A DNA stretch of 24,000 nucleotides from Superficieibacter sp. HKU1 (GCF_029319185.1 NZ_CP119754.1:4726187-4750186); one strand, 5' to 3'; counted from the first letter of the stretch, positions 7,695-16,405 are shown. The notes: a model not told the origin generated them from the sequence alone. Numbers and translations are program-made.

Positions 7695-8690
7695 TCAGGC
7701 GGTAACGCCAGGGGTAAATTCTGGCTGCCAGAGTACCTGAAGGCGGGAGGCGTCTTCTCCGGCAATAAGCTGGCGGACCATGGCCGCAATCTGCTTGCCC
7801 ACGCCCTGGCGCGTCGACTGGATCACCGCGGCGACGTCGGTTTCCACGATGCTGTCCTGTGGCAGGCCATCATAGACGATAAGCGCCACGCGGTTGTCAC
7901 CCTCCAGCCTTCCCATAGCTGACAGCGCCATGGCGGCACCATCGCCGTGCGTGTTGCAATCAGTGACGATGGCGGTAGGCGGTTCGGGCAGTGCGAGCAG
8001 TGCCTGCGTCTCGTTATAGCCCGCGCGGCGGGAAGGAGGCACAACGCGCAGCCATGCCTCAGAAAGGCCCGCTTCGCGCAATGCGTCCAGGTATCCGTTG
8101 CGCCGCTGGGTAATAAAAGCCTGATTGTTATTCTCGCTCAGCAGCGCAATGCGCTGATGGCCCTGCGCAATCAGGTGGCGCGTAGCCTGATACGTTCCGG
8201 CGTAGTTATCGAAGTCAAACCAGGCGTAGGGCCGGGGAAGCTGGCTGCGGCCCAGGGCGAGAAACGGGAATCCGGCACGCTGTAATTGTTCAAGCCGTGG
8301 ATCGTGGTCAAGCGTATGCGCGACGATCAACGTGTCCACGCGCCGACTCTGCACCATCCGCATGAAGCCGTGCTTATCGGCCTCATCGTCATCGGCCATC
8401 AGCAGCAGGTCGATTTCATAACGTGCCAGCTCGTGACTGATTTCGCCAACCATCTCCATAAAAACGCTGTTACTCAGCGGCGCGGGACGAACGGGAAACA
8501 CCAGCCCTACCGCGTCAATCTTGCCCATCTTCAGACGACGGGCAAACGTGTTCGGTCGATAACCACGCCGCTGCGCTTCTGCTTCAACGCGGGCACGCGT
8601 CTCCTGTGAAACGTCGTCATATCCGTTCAGCGCGCGACTGACGGTGGTAACGGAGAGCTTTAATTCTTTCGCAATAGCTTTCAGTGACAT
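7695..8690 (-). CDS. rafR: LacI-family transcriptional repressor (RafR-like)
   Basis: MSLKAIAKELKLSVTTVSRALNG is a LacI-type HTH, followed by a periplasmic-binding-protein-like sugar domain. I prefer ATG at 8690 over the track's GTG at 8702 because LacI-family HTHs begin within a few residues of the start. Confidence 0.85.
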   Translation of the reverse strand: MSLKAIAKELKLSVTTVSRALNGYDDVSQETRARVEAEAQRRGYRPNTFARRLKMGKIDAVGLVFPVRPAPLSNSVFMEMVGEISHELARYEIDLLLMADDDEADKHGFMRMVQSRRVDTLIVAHTLDHDPRLEQLQRAGFPFLALGRSQLPRPYAWFDFDNYAGTYQATRHLIAQGHQRIALLSENNNQAFITQRRNGYLDALREAGLSEAWLRVVPPSRRAGYNETQALLALPEPPTAIVTDCNTHGDGAAMALSAMGRLEGDNRVALIVYDGLPQDSIVETDVAAVIQSTRQGVGKQIAAMVRQLIAGEDASRLQVLWQPEFTPGVTA

Positions 8691-8741
8691 AGATACCTGC
8701 ACAGGCTGATTGACTTGATGATTTCCCGCCGGGACTCACCG

Positions 8742-9290
8742 TCAGTTTTGTTCGGCCACCAGAATAGCCTGCGTGTCCGGCTCCAGCGCTTTAAATACGT
8801 GTGGCTGGTCACCCGGATAGCAGATGTAATCGCCTTCGTTTAACTCTTCCGGGGCTTCGGTTAAGCCAACCAGCGCGCGTCCCTGGGTGACGATAATATG
8901 CTCAACCGAGCCGGAAGGATGCGGATGAGAAATACGATCGGCACCGGGCTGGGTCAGCAACAGATAGATATCACGACGCGCGCCCGGCGGGCAGGTTGCC
9001 AGCAACACCGCCTGATAATGCGCCTGCTCCGCCACCACTTTGGTGCCCTCGCCTCGCCGGATAACCTGCGTTTTATGCGGCTGCGGTTCAAGCAGGCGGG
9101 CAAAAGGAATATCCAGCGCCACACACAGTGACCAGAGCGTTTCCAGGCTCGGATTACCGTTACCCGATTCCAGTTGTGACAGCGTTGATTTGGCGATCCC
9201 GGCACGACGCGCGATTTCCGCCAGCGATAGTCCGGTTCTCAGGCGCTCACGGACCAGGCTTTTGGCAATGGTGCTGATTGGCTGCGTCAT
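8742..9290 (-). CDS. XRE-family HTH regulator with C-terminal cupin domain
   Basis: 182 aa. N-terminal LRTGLSLAEIARRAGIAKSTLSQLESGNGNPSLETLWSLCVAL is an HTH_3/XRE motif. C-terminal HPHPSGSVEHIIVTQG...GDYICYPGDQPH is a cupin two-motif pattern. It is divergent from azlCD. Confidence 0.9.
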   Translation of the reverse strand: MTQPISTIAKSLVRERLRTGLSLAEIARRAGIAKSTLSQLESGNGNPSLETLWSLCVALDIPFARLLEPQPHKTQVIRRGEGTKVVAEQAHYQAVLLATCPPGARRDIYLLLTQPGADRISHPHPSGSVEHIIVTQGRALVGLTEAPEELNEGDYICYPGDQPHVFKALEPDTQAILVAEQN

Positions 9291-9314
9291 AATACCGCTC
9301 CACTGTTTTATTTA

Positions 9315-9331
9315 TCGAACGAAACGTTCGA
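9315..9331. promoter_or_regulatory. Palindrome TCGAACG-AAA-CGTTCGA in the XRE/azlC divergent spacer (candidate operator)
   Basis: 7-bp perfect arms read directly. It lies 25 bp upstream of the XRE gene start and 28 bp upstream of a perfect TATAAT (9359-9364) facing azlC. Confidence 0.45.
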
Positions 9332-9393
9332 CTTGAAAAACGACATTGATGTGTTCATTATAATGGATACCTGTTCGTTATGGCGATAATAGT

Positions 9394-10056
9394 ATGTCTC
9401 TCTCGTTCTTCTCCAGCCTGAAAAGCGACACCATAAAAGCCATTTTTCTGGTTTGTCTGGCTGTCGGCGTGGTCGGTGCCTCCTACGGTTCACTGGCAAT
9501 GGCCTACGGCTTCCCGCTGTGGCTACCGCTGCTGCTTTCTGTCGTCGTGCTGGCCGGGGCCTCGGAATTTATGTTTATCGGCATTATTGCCAGCGGCGGT
9601 AATCCGCTGGCGGCAGCGGTGGCGGGGCTACTGGTGAATGCCCGACATTTTCCGTTCGGCGTTACCGTGCGCGATCTGGTCGGCAAAGGCGTGGTAAGCC
9701 TGATTGGTTGCCACATTATGAATGACGAGAGCGTGGTCTTCGGCCTGTCGCAATCCACGCCAGAACAGCGTAAAGCGGCATTCTGGCTGTGCGGCACTGG
9801 CGTCGCGCTGTTCTGGCCGGTCGGCACGCTGCTGGGCGCGGCGGTGGGTAAACTCCTGCCCGCGCCGGAAACCATCGGCCTGGACGCGGTATTTCCCGCC
9901 ATTCTGCTGGCGCTGGTTCTGCCGGCGCTGAAGAAAAAAACCACCCTGATCCGTGCCACCAGCGGAGCGGCGATTTCCCTTGCCGCCGTACCCTTTGCCC
10001 CGGTGGGCCTGCCGGTGCTGCTCTCCCTGCTGGGCTTAGCGACGAGGAAAAAATGA
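9394..10056 (+). CDS. azlC: AzlC-family branched-chain amino acid transport/export protein
   Basis: 220-aa membrane protein with the AzlC-like block GASEFMFIGIIASGGNPLAAAVAGLLVNARHFPFG. It is translationally coupled to the following azlD-like gene through an ATGA overlap. Confidence 0.85.
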   Translation: MSLSFFSSLKSDTIKAIFLVCLAVGVVGASYGSLAMAYGFPLWLPLLLSVVVLAGASEFMFIGIIASGGNPLAAAVAGLLVNARHFPFGVTVRDLVGKGVVSLIGCHIMNDESVVFGLSQSTPEQRKAAFWLCGTGVALFWPVGTLLGAAVGKLLPAPETIGLDAVFPAILLALVLPALKKKTTLIRATSGAAISLAAVPFAPVGLPVLLSLLGLATRKK

Positions 10057-10379
10057 TGGCTGACTACACGCTAATCCTTACCGGTGTGGCAATCCTGTCG
10101 ATTGGCACGTACCTGATGCGGCTGGGCGGGGCAAAACTGGGAAACCGGCTGACGCTCTCCGAACGCTCGCAGGCGCTGCTCTCTGATGCGGCCACGACGC
10201 TGCTCTTCTCCGTCGCCCTGGCGACCGCCCTGTATGAAGGCGGTCATTTCGCCGGGATGGCACGGGTGCTGGGCGTGGCGTTCGCGGTATTCCTCGCCTG
10301 GCGCAAAATGCCGCTGATTGTGGTGATTGTCGCGGCGGCAGTGGCTACCGCGCTGCTGCGACTGGCGGGAATGCCGTAG
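10053..10379 (+). CDS. azlD: AzlD-family small membrane protein (partner of AzlC)
   Basis: 108-aa hydrophobic protein. Its start overlaps the azlC stop (ATGATG / TGA at 10053-10058), which is the typical azlCD arrangement. Confidence 0.82.
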   Translation: MMADYTLILTGVAILSIGTYLMRLGGAKLGNRLTLSERSQALLSDAATTLLFSVALATALYEGGHFAGMARVLGVAFAVFLAWRKMPLIVVIVAAAVATALLRLAGMP

Positions 10380-10418
10380 TAAAATGTGTTCTCCTCCACA
10401 AATTTAGCACGCCACTCT

Positions 10419-10441
10419 GCCGGGTATTGTCACCCGGCTTT
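10419..10441 (+). terminator. Hairpin GCCGGGT-N6-ACCCGGC followed by TTT after azlD (weak intrinsic terminator or REP-like)
   Basis: Read directly 40 bp after the azlD stop. The stem is 7 bp but the U-tract is short (TTT), so terminator strength is uncertain. The arms are identical to those of the REP-like element at 3274-3299. Confidence 0.45.
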
Positions 10442-10514
10442 GACATATTGCCCCTCATCTCCACGCCGCTATCTCATTAGAATCAAATAATGATTTGTGC
10501 AACGGAGTTCGTTC

Positions 10515-10961
10515 ATGGCAACGCTTACCCTTAGCTGTATTGACCTTAATATTCCCGGAAACAGTGCTTATTCCATTCTCAAACAACTGACGGAAATGGC
10601 CTGGCAGAACGGCTACATCACCGATCGCGGCGCGTTTCTGCAAACGCTGCTGCTGCGTGAAAAACTCCACTCCACCGGTTTTGGCTCAGGCGTTGCCGTC
10701 CCGCACGGCAAAAATGCCTGCGTCAAACAGCCGTTTGTGTTGTTCGCCCGAAGCAATCAGGGCGTGGCGTGGAAGGCCAGCGATGACGAGGCGGTGACCT
10801 GCTGGATTTGCCTCGGCGTTCCGCAGGAAGGCGAGGAAGATCAAGTCAAAATGATCGGCACCCTGTGCCGCAAAATTATTCATGCCGATTTTATCGACCA
10901 GCTCAAGCAGGGCGATGCATCGCAGCTCCTCTCTCTGTTAACCCACACCTTAAGCCAATAA
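10515..10961 (+). CDS. frvA: PTS fructose/mannitol-family EIIA component (FrvA-like)
   Basis: PTS_EIIA_2 pattern with the phosphorylatable His in GVAVPHGK. ATG 10515 is preceded by GGAG (10504-10507) and gives 148 aa. The track's GTG at 10497 adds 6 residues and has no SD. The gene order frvA-B-X-R matches the E. coli frv operon. Confidence 0.85.
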   Translation: MATLTLSCIDLNIPGNSAYSILKQLTEMAWQNGYITDRGAFLQTLLLREKLHSTGFGSGVAVPHGKNACVKQPFVLFARSNQGVAWKASDDEAVTCWICLGVPQEGEEDQVKMIGTLCRKIIHADFIDQLKQGDASQLLSLLTHTLSQ

Positions 10962-10971
10962 GGAGAACCGG

Positions 10972-12414
10972 ATGGGATCCTTACAGTTAGTTGCCATCAC
11001 CAATTGTCCGGCAGGCATCGCGCATACCTATATGGTGGCGGAAGCGCTGGAGCAAAAAGCCCGCGCCCTCGGCCATACCATCAAAGTGGAAACGCAGGGG
11101 TCGAGCGGCGTGGAAAATCGCCTGACCAGCACTGAGATCGCCGCAGCGGATTACGTTATTCTGGCAACCGGACGCGGATTGAGCGGAGAAGATCGCGCGC
11201 GTTTCGCCGGTAAAAAAGTCTATGAAATTCCTATTTCTCAGGCGCTGAAAAACATCGACCAGATTTTTACCCAGTTGCCGACGCATTCCCAGCTTTTTGC
11301 AGCCGAGAGCGGGGTTAAGCTGGGAAATCAGGAAGTGCAACAGGGCAGCGTGATGAGTCACCTGATGGCGGGGGTTTCTGCTGCGCTGCCGTTTGTGATC
11401 GGCGGCGGTATCCTGGTGGCGATTGCTAATATGCTGGTGCAGTTCGGATTGCCTTATACCGATATGGCAAAAGGTACGCCGTCATTTACCTGGATAGTGG
11501 AGTCCATCGGTTATCTCGGCTTTACGTTTATGATCCCGATTATGGGCGCGTATATCGCCTCCTCCATCGCTGATAAACCTGCGTTTGCGCCTGCGTTTCT
11601 GGTCTGTTATCTGGCAAACGATAAAGCGATGCTCGGCACTCAGTCCGGCGCGGGTTTCCTTGGCGCGGTAGTCCTGGGGCTGGCAGTTGGCTACTTCGTG
11701 CTCTATTTCCGCAAAGTCCGTCTCGGCAAGGCCCTGCAACCACTACTGGGGTCCATGCTGATCCCATTTGTCACTCTGTTGCTGTTCGGGGTGCTGACCT
11801 ATTACGTGGTCGGTCCGGTCATGTCCGATATCATGGGCGCGTTGCTGCATTTCCTGAATACCATTCCGCCGTCAATGAAGCTCGGCGCGGCGTTTCTGGT
11901 TGGTGCGATGCTGGCATTTGATATGGGCGGCCCCATTAACAAAACGGCGTGGTTCTTCTGCTTTTCGCTGCTGGAGAAACATATTTACGACTGGTATGGC
12001 ATCGTCGGCGTTGTCACGCTCTTGCCTCCCGTTGCCGCAGGTATTGCTACCTACATTGCCCCCAAACTGTTTACGGCGCAGGAAAAAGGCGCAGCCAGTA
12101 GCGCCATTATTGTCGGCGCCACCGTCGCCACTGAACCCGCCATTCCTTATGCACTGGCCGCACCGCTGCCGATGATCACCGCCAACACCCTCTCTGGCGG
12201 TATTACCGGTATGCTGGTTATCGCTTTTGGTATCAAACGCCTGGCGCCAGGATTGGGTATATTCGATCCGCTGATTGGCCTGATGTCGCCAGCCGGGTCG
12301 TTTTATCTGGTGCTGGCCATCGGTCTGGCGCTGAATATTTCTCTTATCATCCTACTTAAAGGGTTGTGGCTGAAACGTAAGGCCGCGCAACAGGAGGTTG
12401 CCCGTGAACACTGA
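10972..12414 (+). CDS. frvB: PTS fructose-like EIIBC component (FrvB-like)
   Basis: 480 aa. The N-terminal EIIB(Fru) carries the active-site Cys in VAITNCPAGIAHTYM, followed by a polytopic EIIC domain. SD AAGGAG at 10960-10965. Confidence 0.9.
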   Translation: MGSLQLVAITNCPAGIAHTYMVAEALEQKARALGHTIKVETQGSSGVENRLTSTEIAAADYVILATGRGLSGEDRARFAGKKVYEIPISQALKNIDQIFTQLPTHSQLFAAESGVKLGNQEVQQGSVMSHLMAGVSAALPFVIGGGILVAIANMLVQFGLPYTDMAKGTPSFTWIVESIGYLGFTFMIPIMGAYIASSIADKPAFAPAFLVCYLANDKAMLGTQSGAGFLGAVVLGLAVGYFVLYFRKVRLGKALQPLLGSMLIPFVTLLLFGVLTYYVVGPVMSDIMGALLHFLNTIPPSMKLGAAFLVGAMLAFDMGGPINKTAWFFCFSLLEKHIYDWYGIVGVVTLLPPVAAGIATYIAPKLFTAQEKGAASSAIIVGATVATEPAIPYALAAPLPMITANTLSGGITGMLVIAFGIKRLAPGLGIFDPLIGLMSPAGSFYLVLAIGLALNISLIILLKGLWLKRKAAQQEVAREH

Positions 12415-13465
12415 TTTACTCCGAAAGCTCTGCGATGCCAGCGCCGTAAGCGGCGATGAGCATGAGGTACGTCAGGTCCTGATCGGGACGCTGGAAAACG
12501 ATGCCGATGAGATTACGTTTGACGGTCTGGGCAGTTTTATCGCCCGCAAAGGCACGCGCGGCCCTAAAGTCGCCATCGTCGGCCATATGGACGAAGTGGG
12601 CTTTATGGTGACGCATATTTGCGAGAAAGGATTTATCCGCTTCACCACCGTGGGTGGCTGGTGGAGCCAGTCCATGCTCAACCATCGCGTGACCATACGC
12701 ACCCGCGACGGGCAGAAAATCCCCGGCATTATTGGCTCGGTTGCACCGCACGCGCTTACCGAAAAACAAAAGCAGCAGCCGCTGACGTTCGATGAAATGT
12801 TTATTGATATCGGCGCGGAAAGCCGCAAAGAGGCAGAGTATCGCGGCGTTGCCGTGGGTGATTTCATCAGCCCGGAAGCCAACTTTGCCCGCTGGGGCGA
12901 TGATAAGATCGTCGCCAAGGCGCTGGATAATCGCGTTGGCTGCGCCCTGATGGCAGAGCTATTCCAGACGGTGAATAACCCGGACATTACGCTCTATGGC
13001 GTAGGCAGCGTAGAGGAAGAGGTGGGACTTCGCGGCGCACAAACCTCCGCCGAGTCGATTAAGCCCGATGTGGTGATCGTGCTGGATACCGCCGTCGCTG
13101 GCGATGTTCCGGGCATTGACGGGATTAAATATCCGCTGCAACTGGGTGAAGGTCCGGGCGTCATGCTGTTTGATAAGCGCTACTTCCCGAACCAGAAACT
13201 GCTGGCCCTGCTCAAACAAAGCGCCACCCGCAGCCATGCCCCGCTTCAGTTTGCCACCATGAAGACCGGCGCGACCGATGGCGGACGCTATAACGTGATG
13301 GGTGGCGGTCGCCCTGTGGTCGCGCTGTGCCTGCCTACACGCTATCTCCACGCCAATAGCGGCATGATTTCCGCCAGAGATTATGAAGCCTCATTGACGA
13401 TGATACGTGACCTGTTGCTGTCGCTGAATGAGCAGCGCATCCAGGACATGAAGGATTTCCGCTAA
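12404..13465 (+). CDS. frvX: M42-family metallo-aminopeptidase / 'endoglucanase-like' protein (FrvX-like)
   Basis: Typical M42 blocks: SGDEHEVR, GHMDEVGFMV, ALDNRVGCA, SVEEEVGLRGA. I prefer GTG 12404, which is 6 nt after AGGAGG (12392-12397), over the track's TTG 12398. It overlaps the frvB 3' end by 11 nt. Confidence 0.87.
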   Translation: MNTDLLRKLCDASAVSGDEHEVRQVLIGTLENDADEITFDGLGSFIARKGTRGPKVAIVGHMDEVGFMVTHICEKGFIRFTTVGGWWSQSMLNHRVTIRTRDGQKIPGIIGSVAPHALTEKQKQQPLTFDEMFIDIGAESRKEAEYRGVAVGDFISPEANFARWGDDKIVAKALDNRVGCALMAELFQTVNNPDITLYGVGSVEEEVGLRGAQTSAESIKPDVVIVLDTAVAGDVPGIDGIKYPLQLGEGPGVMLFDKRYFPNQKLLALLKQSATRSHAPLQFATMKTGATDGGRYNVMGGGRPVVALCLPTRYLHANSGMISARDYEASLTMIRDLLLSLNEQRIQDMKDFR

Positions 13466-13474
13466 GGGCACATT

Positions 13475-15220
13475 ATGCTTAACGAACGCCAGCTTACCCT
13501 GCTCGACCTTCTTGAACAGCAGCCCGTTTCTCTTATCGAGCTGGCGCGGTTAACAGAGGTTTCCGGGCGTACCGTTCTGCGTGATATTGATTATCTTAAC
13601 TTTACCCTTAGCGGAACGGCCCATATTCAGGGAACCGGTAGTTCAGGCTACCGGTTAGAGATTTTCGACCGCCGCCGCTATTTCCAGCTTCTGCAACGGC
13701 ATGATAATGATGACCGGTTGCTGGCGCATTTGCTGATCAATGCGTTTACCACACGGACTCAGCTTGCGGAGGCGCTCAATTTACCGGAGGCGTGGGTGGT
13801 CGACCGACTGTCGAGGCTCAGGCTCCGCTATGAACGCGCCTTTACCCTGCAAAGCCGTCCCGGCATGGGATATTTTATTGATGAGCCGGAAGAAAAACGC
13901 ATTATTCTGCTGGCCAACCTGCTGAAAAAAGATCCGTTTATCATCGCCTTGCCTGGCGTCACGCCGGAGGTTGTTGGGGTACTCCCGGACGTGGACAACG
14001 AGGATTTACAGCTGTCGTTTATTCCCGGTGACTATATCGCCAGTGTGATCCTCGCCGTCTATGCGCTCCGTCATCGCCTGAACCGCCGCTGGCCTGAGAC
14101 CCATAACGCGGGACTGCGGACAGCCATCGAACGGGCAGGCCTGTATTTAGGCACCGACGCCATAAATACGTTAACTGGCTTATTAATGCGCCATCAACAA
14201 CGTGCCGGCGAGGTCTCTGCCGCCAGCATTGAAGCATTATTACAGTCCCTGCCGGATATCGCCCGGCTGAATATTATCGACACGCCGCTGGTGGAGGATT
14301 TAACGGGCCATATTCTGCGCTGTACTGCCGCTCCTGTCTGGCTGTCAGAAAACCGTCAGGGTAGCCTGAATAACCTGAAGGCCGCCTGGCCCGCCGCATT
14401 CGACCTGAGCCTGCGCTTTATTAATCAGTTAAGTCAACAGTACGATATCCCGGTATTCGACAGCGATCTGGTGGGGCTTTATTTCGCCTGCGCGCTGGAA
14501 CGTCACCAGAACGAACGCCAGCCAGTGATCCTGCTGTGCGAGCAAAATGCGATTGCCACCATCAATAAGCAGGCTATTGAGCGGGAAATTGTTAACTGCC
14601 GGGTGATTATTGCGCACTCCCTGGCGGAGTTAGGCAATATCAGCACTGAGATTGAGCCAATGCTGATTATTAATAACAGCCATTTTTTCCCGGATGAATC
14701 CCGCCACAAGGTACTGGTAATTAAAAATATTATTACCGCAGCCGGGATCGGTCAGATAAAGGATTTTCTGGCGTCGGCGTTTATCCGTCAGCAGCCTGAG
14801 CGTTTCTTTCTGGCGGAGGGAAGTTTTCATTACGATAACGCGCCGGACGAATCCTGGCAGGCGATGATGGCGCGCATCTGCGAGCAGCTGGTGGCGAGTC
14901 ATCACCTCACTCCCGATGAGGCCGGGCGTATCTGCCTGCGTGAACAGGAAGGTGAAAACCTGATCGTGAACCGGATTGCCATTCCCCACTGCTGGAGCGA
15001 ACAGCAGACGCGGTTTCGCGGATTTTTTATTACGCTGACGTCAGCTATTCAGGTGAATGGAGAACCGGTTAATCATGTGCTGATTGCCTGTGCCAGCTCC
15101 AGCGCCCGCCATGAGCTTAAAATCTTTAGCTATCTGGCGAGCGTACTGTACCGTTATTCAGCCGAGGATATTATCGCGCTAACCGGCCATGAGGCGTTTG
15201 TGGCGCTATTGCGGGAATAG
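13475..15220 (+). CDS. frvR: Frv operon regulator-like protein: N-terminal HTH plus C-terminal PTS EIIA-2-like domain (FrvR-like)
   Basis: 581 aa. N-terminal LTLLDLLEQQPVSLIELARLTEVSGRTVLRDIDYLN is an HTH. The C-terminal ~140 aa carries the EIIA(Fru/Ntr)-like His context NRIAIPH. Its position as the fourth gene matches frvR. Confidence 0.82.
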   Translation: MLNERQLTLLDLLEQQPVSLIELARLTEVSGRTVLRDIDYLNFTLSGTAHIQGTGSSGYRLEIFDRRRYFQLLQRHDNDDRLLAHLLINAFTTRTQLAEALNLPEAWVVDRLSRLRLRYERAFTLQSRPGMGYFIDEPEEKRIILLANLLKKDPFIIALPGVTPEVVGVLPDVDNEDLQLSFIPGDYIASVILAVYALRHRLNRRWPETHNAGLRTAIERAGLYLGTDAINTLTGLLMRHQQRAGEVSAASIEALLQSLPDIARLNIIDTPLVEDLTGHILRCTAAPVWLSENRQGSLNNLKAAWPAAFDLSLRFINQLSQQYDIPVFDSDLVGLYFACALERHQNERQPVILLCEQNAIATINKQAIEREIVNCRVIIAHSLAELGNISTEIEPMLIINNSHFFPDESRHKVLVIKNIITAAGIGQIKDFLASAFIRQQPERFFLAEGSFHYDNAPDESWQAMMARICEQLVASHHLTPDEAGRICLREQEGENLIVNRIAIPHCWSEQQTRFRGFFITLTSAIQVNGEPVNHVLIACASSSARHELKIFSYLASVLYRYSAEDIIALTGHEAFVALLRE

Positions 15221-15223
15221 CGT

Positions 15224-16405
15224 TTATTTGTGGAGAAGAAATCCGCACGATTCATACGCCGCCTTTAGCCTTTTCATCGACTCCTCCAGCTGCGAACGCG
15301 GGCAGGCAATGTTTAGTCTCATATGACCCTCGCCGCCGGGGCCATACTGTATCCCCGGCGAAAGACCAAGCCTGGCGTTATGAACAAAAAATGACATTAA
15401 CTGCGCGTCACTCAGGCCCATTTTTTGCGCATTCAGGAAAACTAAATAAGAGGCACCGCCATAAATCACAGATATCAGAGGACAGTTCTTTTCAACTTCT
15501 TGTTTAACGTATGCCACATTTGCAGCTAAATAGCTTAATAATTTTTCAATCCAGCTGTCGCAATGCGTATAGGCAGAATAAATCGCCGCCTGTTGTATCG
15601 AATTCGTCTCGGCAAGGTAACAGTTATCGAGAAAATGATAAAAGGTATTCCGCAAGGCATCATTTTTGATGAGTGCGATGCCTCCCTGGATCGCAGGCGT
15701 ATTAAACGCCTTGCTGATGGACGTAAAGACAATGGATTTACAGTTTGATGACGCACTCAGGGTAAAAAAAGGAATATGCTGCTGAGGTGGCAATGTTAAA
15801 TCGCAATGCACTTCATCGGATACAACAATTACGTCAGCCTGATGGCAACATCGGTTAATTTCTTCAAGCGTCGCCCGATCCCAAACGATTCCCCCCGGAT
15901 TATGGGGTGAGGAAAACAAAAACATTTTGCACGTTTTTACTTTTTCGCGGAAGTCATGCCAGTCGAGTTCGTAAATGCCATTTTTTTCAACTAAACGTGT
16001 CTGAACCAGGTTCCTGCCACTGGTTTTTATCAGGTTAGGGTAAGGATCATAGACTGGCGTGCATGTTAATATAGTATCGCCCTTTTCCGTCAATGCCATG
16101 ATGGATAAGACTATCGTTTTTATTACGCCCGGAACAAAATGCAACCATGCTTCATCAATGCTGATATCATAGCGTTTTTTATACCATCCACATACGGACT
16201 GCCGCCATTGAGGATGCTCCATATTATAACCCTGCACAGGTTGCGATACGACCTCGCGCAGCGTATGCAGGACAGGCTCTGGCGTCGTGAATTCCATATC
16301 TGCAATCCACATGGGTAATACATCTTCAGTACCAAACATTGTTTTCAATTGCCCATACTTGCGGCTACGCCTGTCTCGTGTAATAACGCGATCAAAATCA
16401 GACAT
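15224..16405 (-). CDS. PLP-dependent class I/II aminotransferase-fold C-S lyase (MalY/PatB-type cystathionine beta-lyase family)
   Basis: 393 aa from ATG 16405 (SD AGGAG 6 nt upstream; the track's GTG 16408 adds one residue). The N-terminus FDRVITRDRRSRKYG...PMWIADMEF is typical of MalY/PatB. The PLP-lysine context is FTSISKAFN. Confidence 0.87.
   Translation of the reverse strand: MSDFDRVITRDRRSRKYGQLKTMFGTEDVLPMWIADMEFTTPEPVLHTLREVVSQPVQGYNMEHPQWRQSVCGWYKKRYDISIDEAWLHFVPGVIKTIVLSIMALTEKGDTILTCTPVYDPYPNLIKTSGRNLVQTRLVEKNGIYELDWHDFREKVKTCKMFLFSSPHNPGGIVWDRATLEEINRCCHQADVIVVSDEVHCDLTLPPQQHIPFFTLSASSNCKSIVFTSISKAFNTPAIQGGIALIKNDALRNTFYHFLDNCYLAETNSIQQAAIYSAYTHCDSWIEKLLSYLAANVAYVKQEVEKNCPLISVIYGGASYLVFLNAQKMGLSDAQLMSFFVHNARLGLSPGIQYGPGGEGHMRLNIACPRSQLEESMKRLKAAYESCGFLLHK

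Noticed and set aside
9504-9959. 151-aa minus-strand ORF inside azlC, and similar antisense ORFs 12472-12987, 12959-13351, 19732-20319 and 22901-23338
   Set aside because: All lie fully within well-supported genes on the opposite strand and have skewed, low-complexity composition. They are typical shadow ORFs.
3274-10438. Identical 7-bp arms GCCGGGT/ACCCGGC at 3274-3299 and 10419-10438, considered as copies of a mobile miniature element
   Set aside because: Only the short GC arms are shared. The loops (12 vs 6 nt) and the flanks differ. This is consistent with generic REP-type palindromes rather than a discrete repeated element or a recombination scar.
10440-10445. Perfect -35 hexamer TTGACA upstream of frvA
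   Set aside because: No acceptable -10 lies at 16-19 bp (ACGCCG/CGCCGC). The hexamer overlaps the tail of the azlD hairpin. I am not willing to call a promoter from one hexamer.
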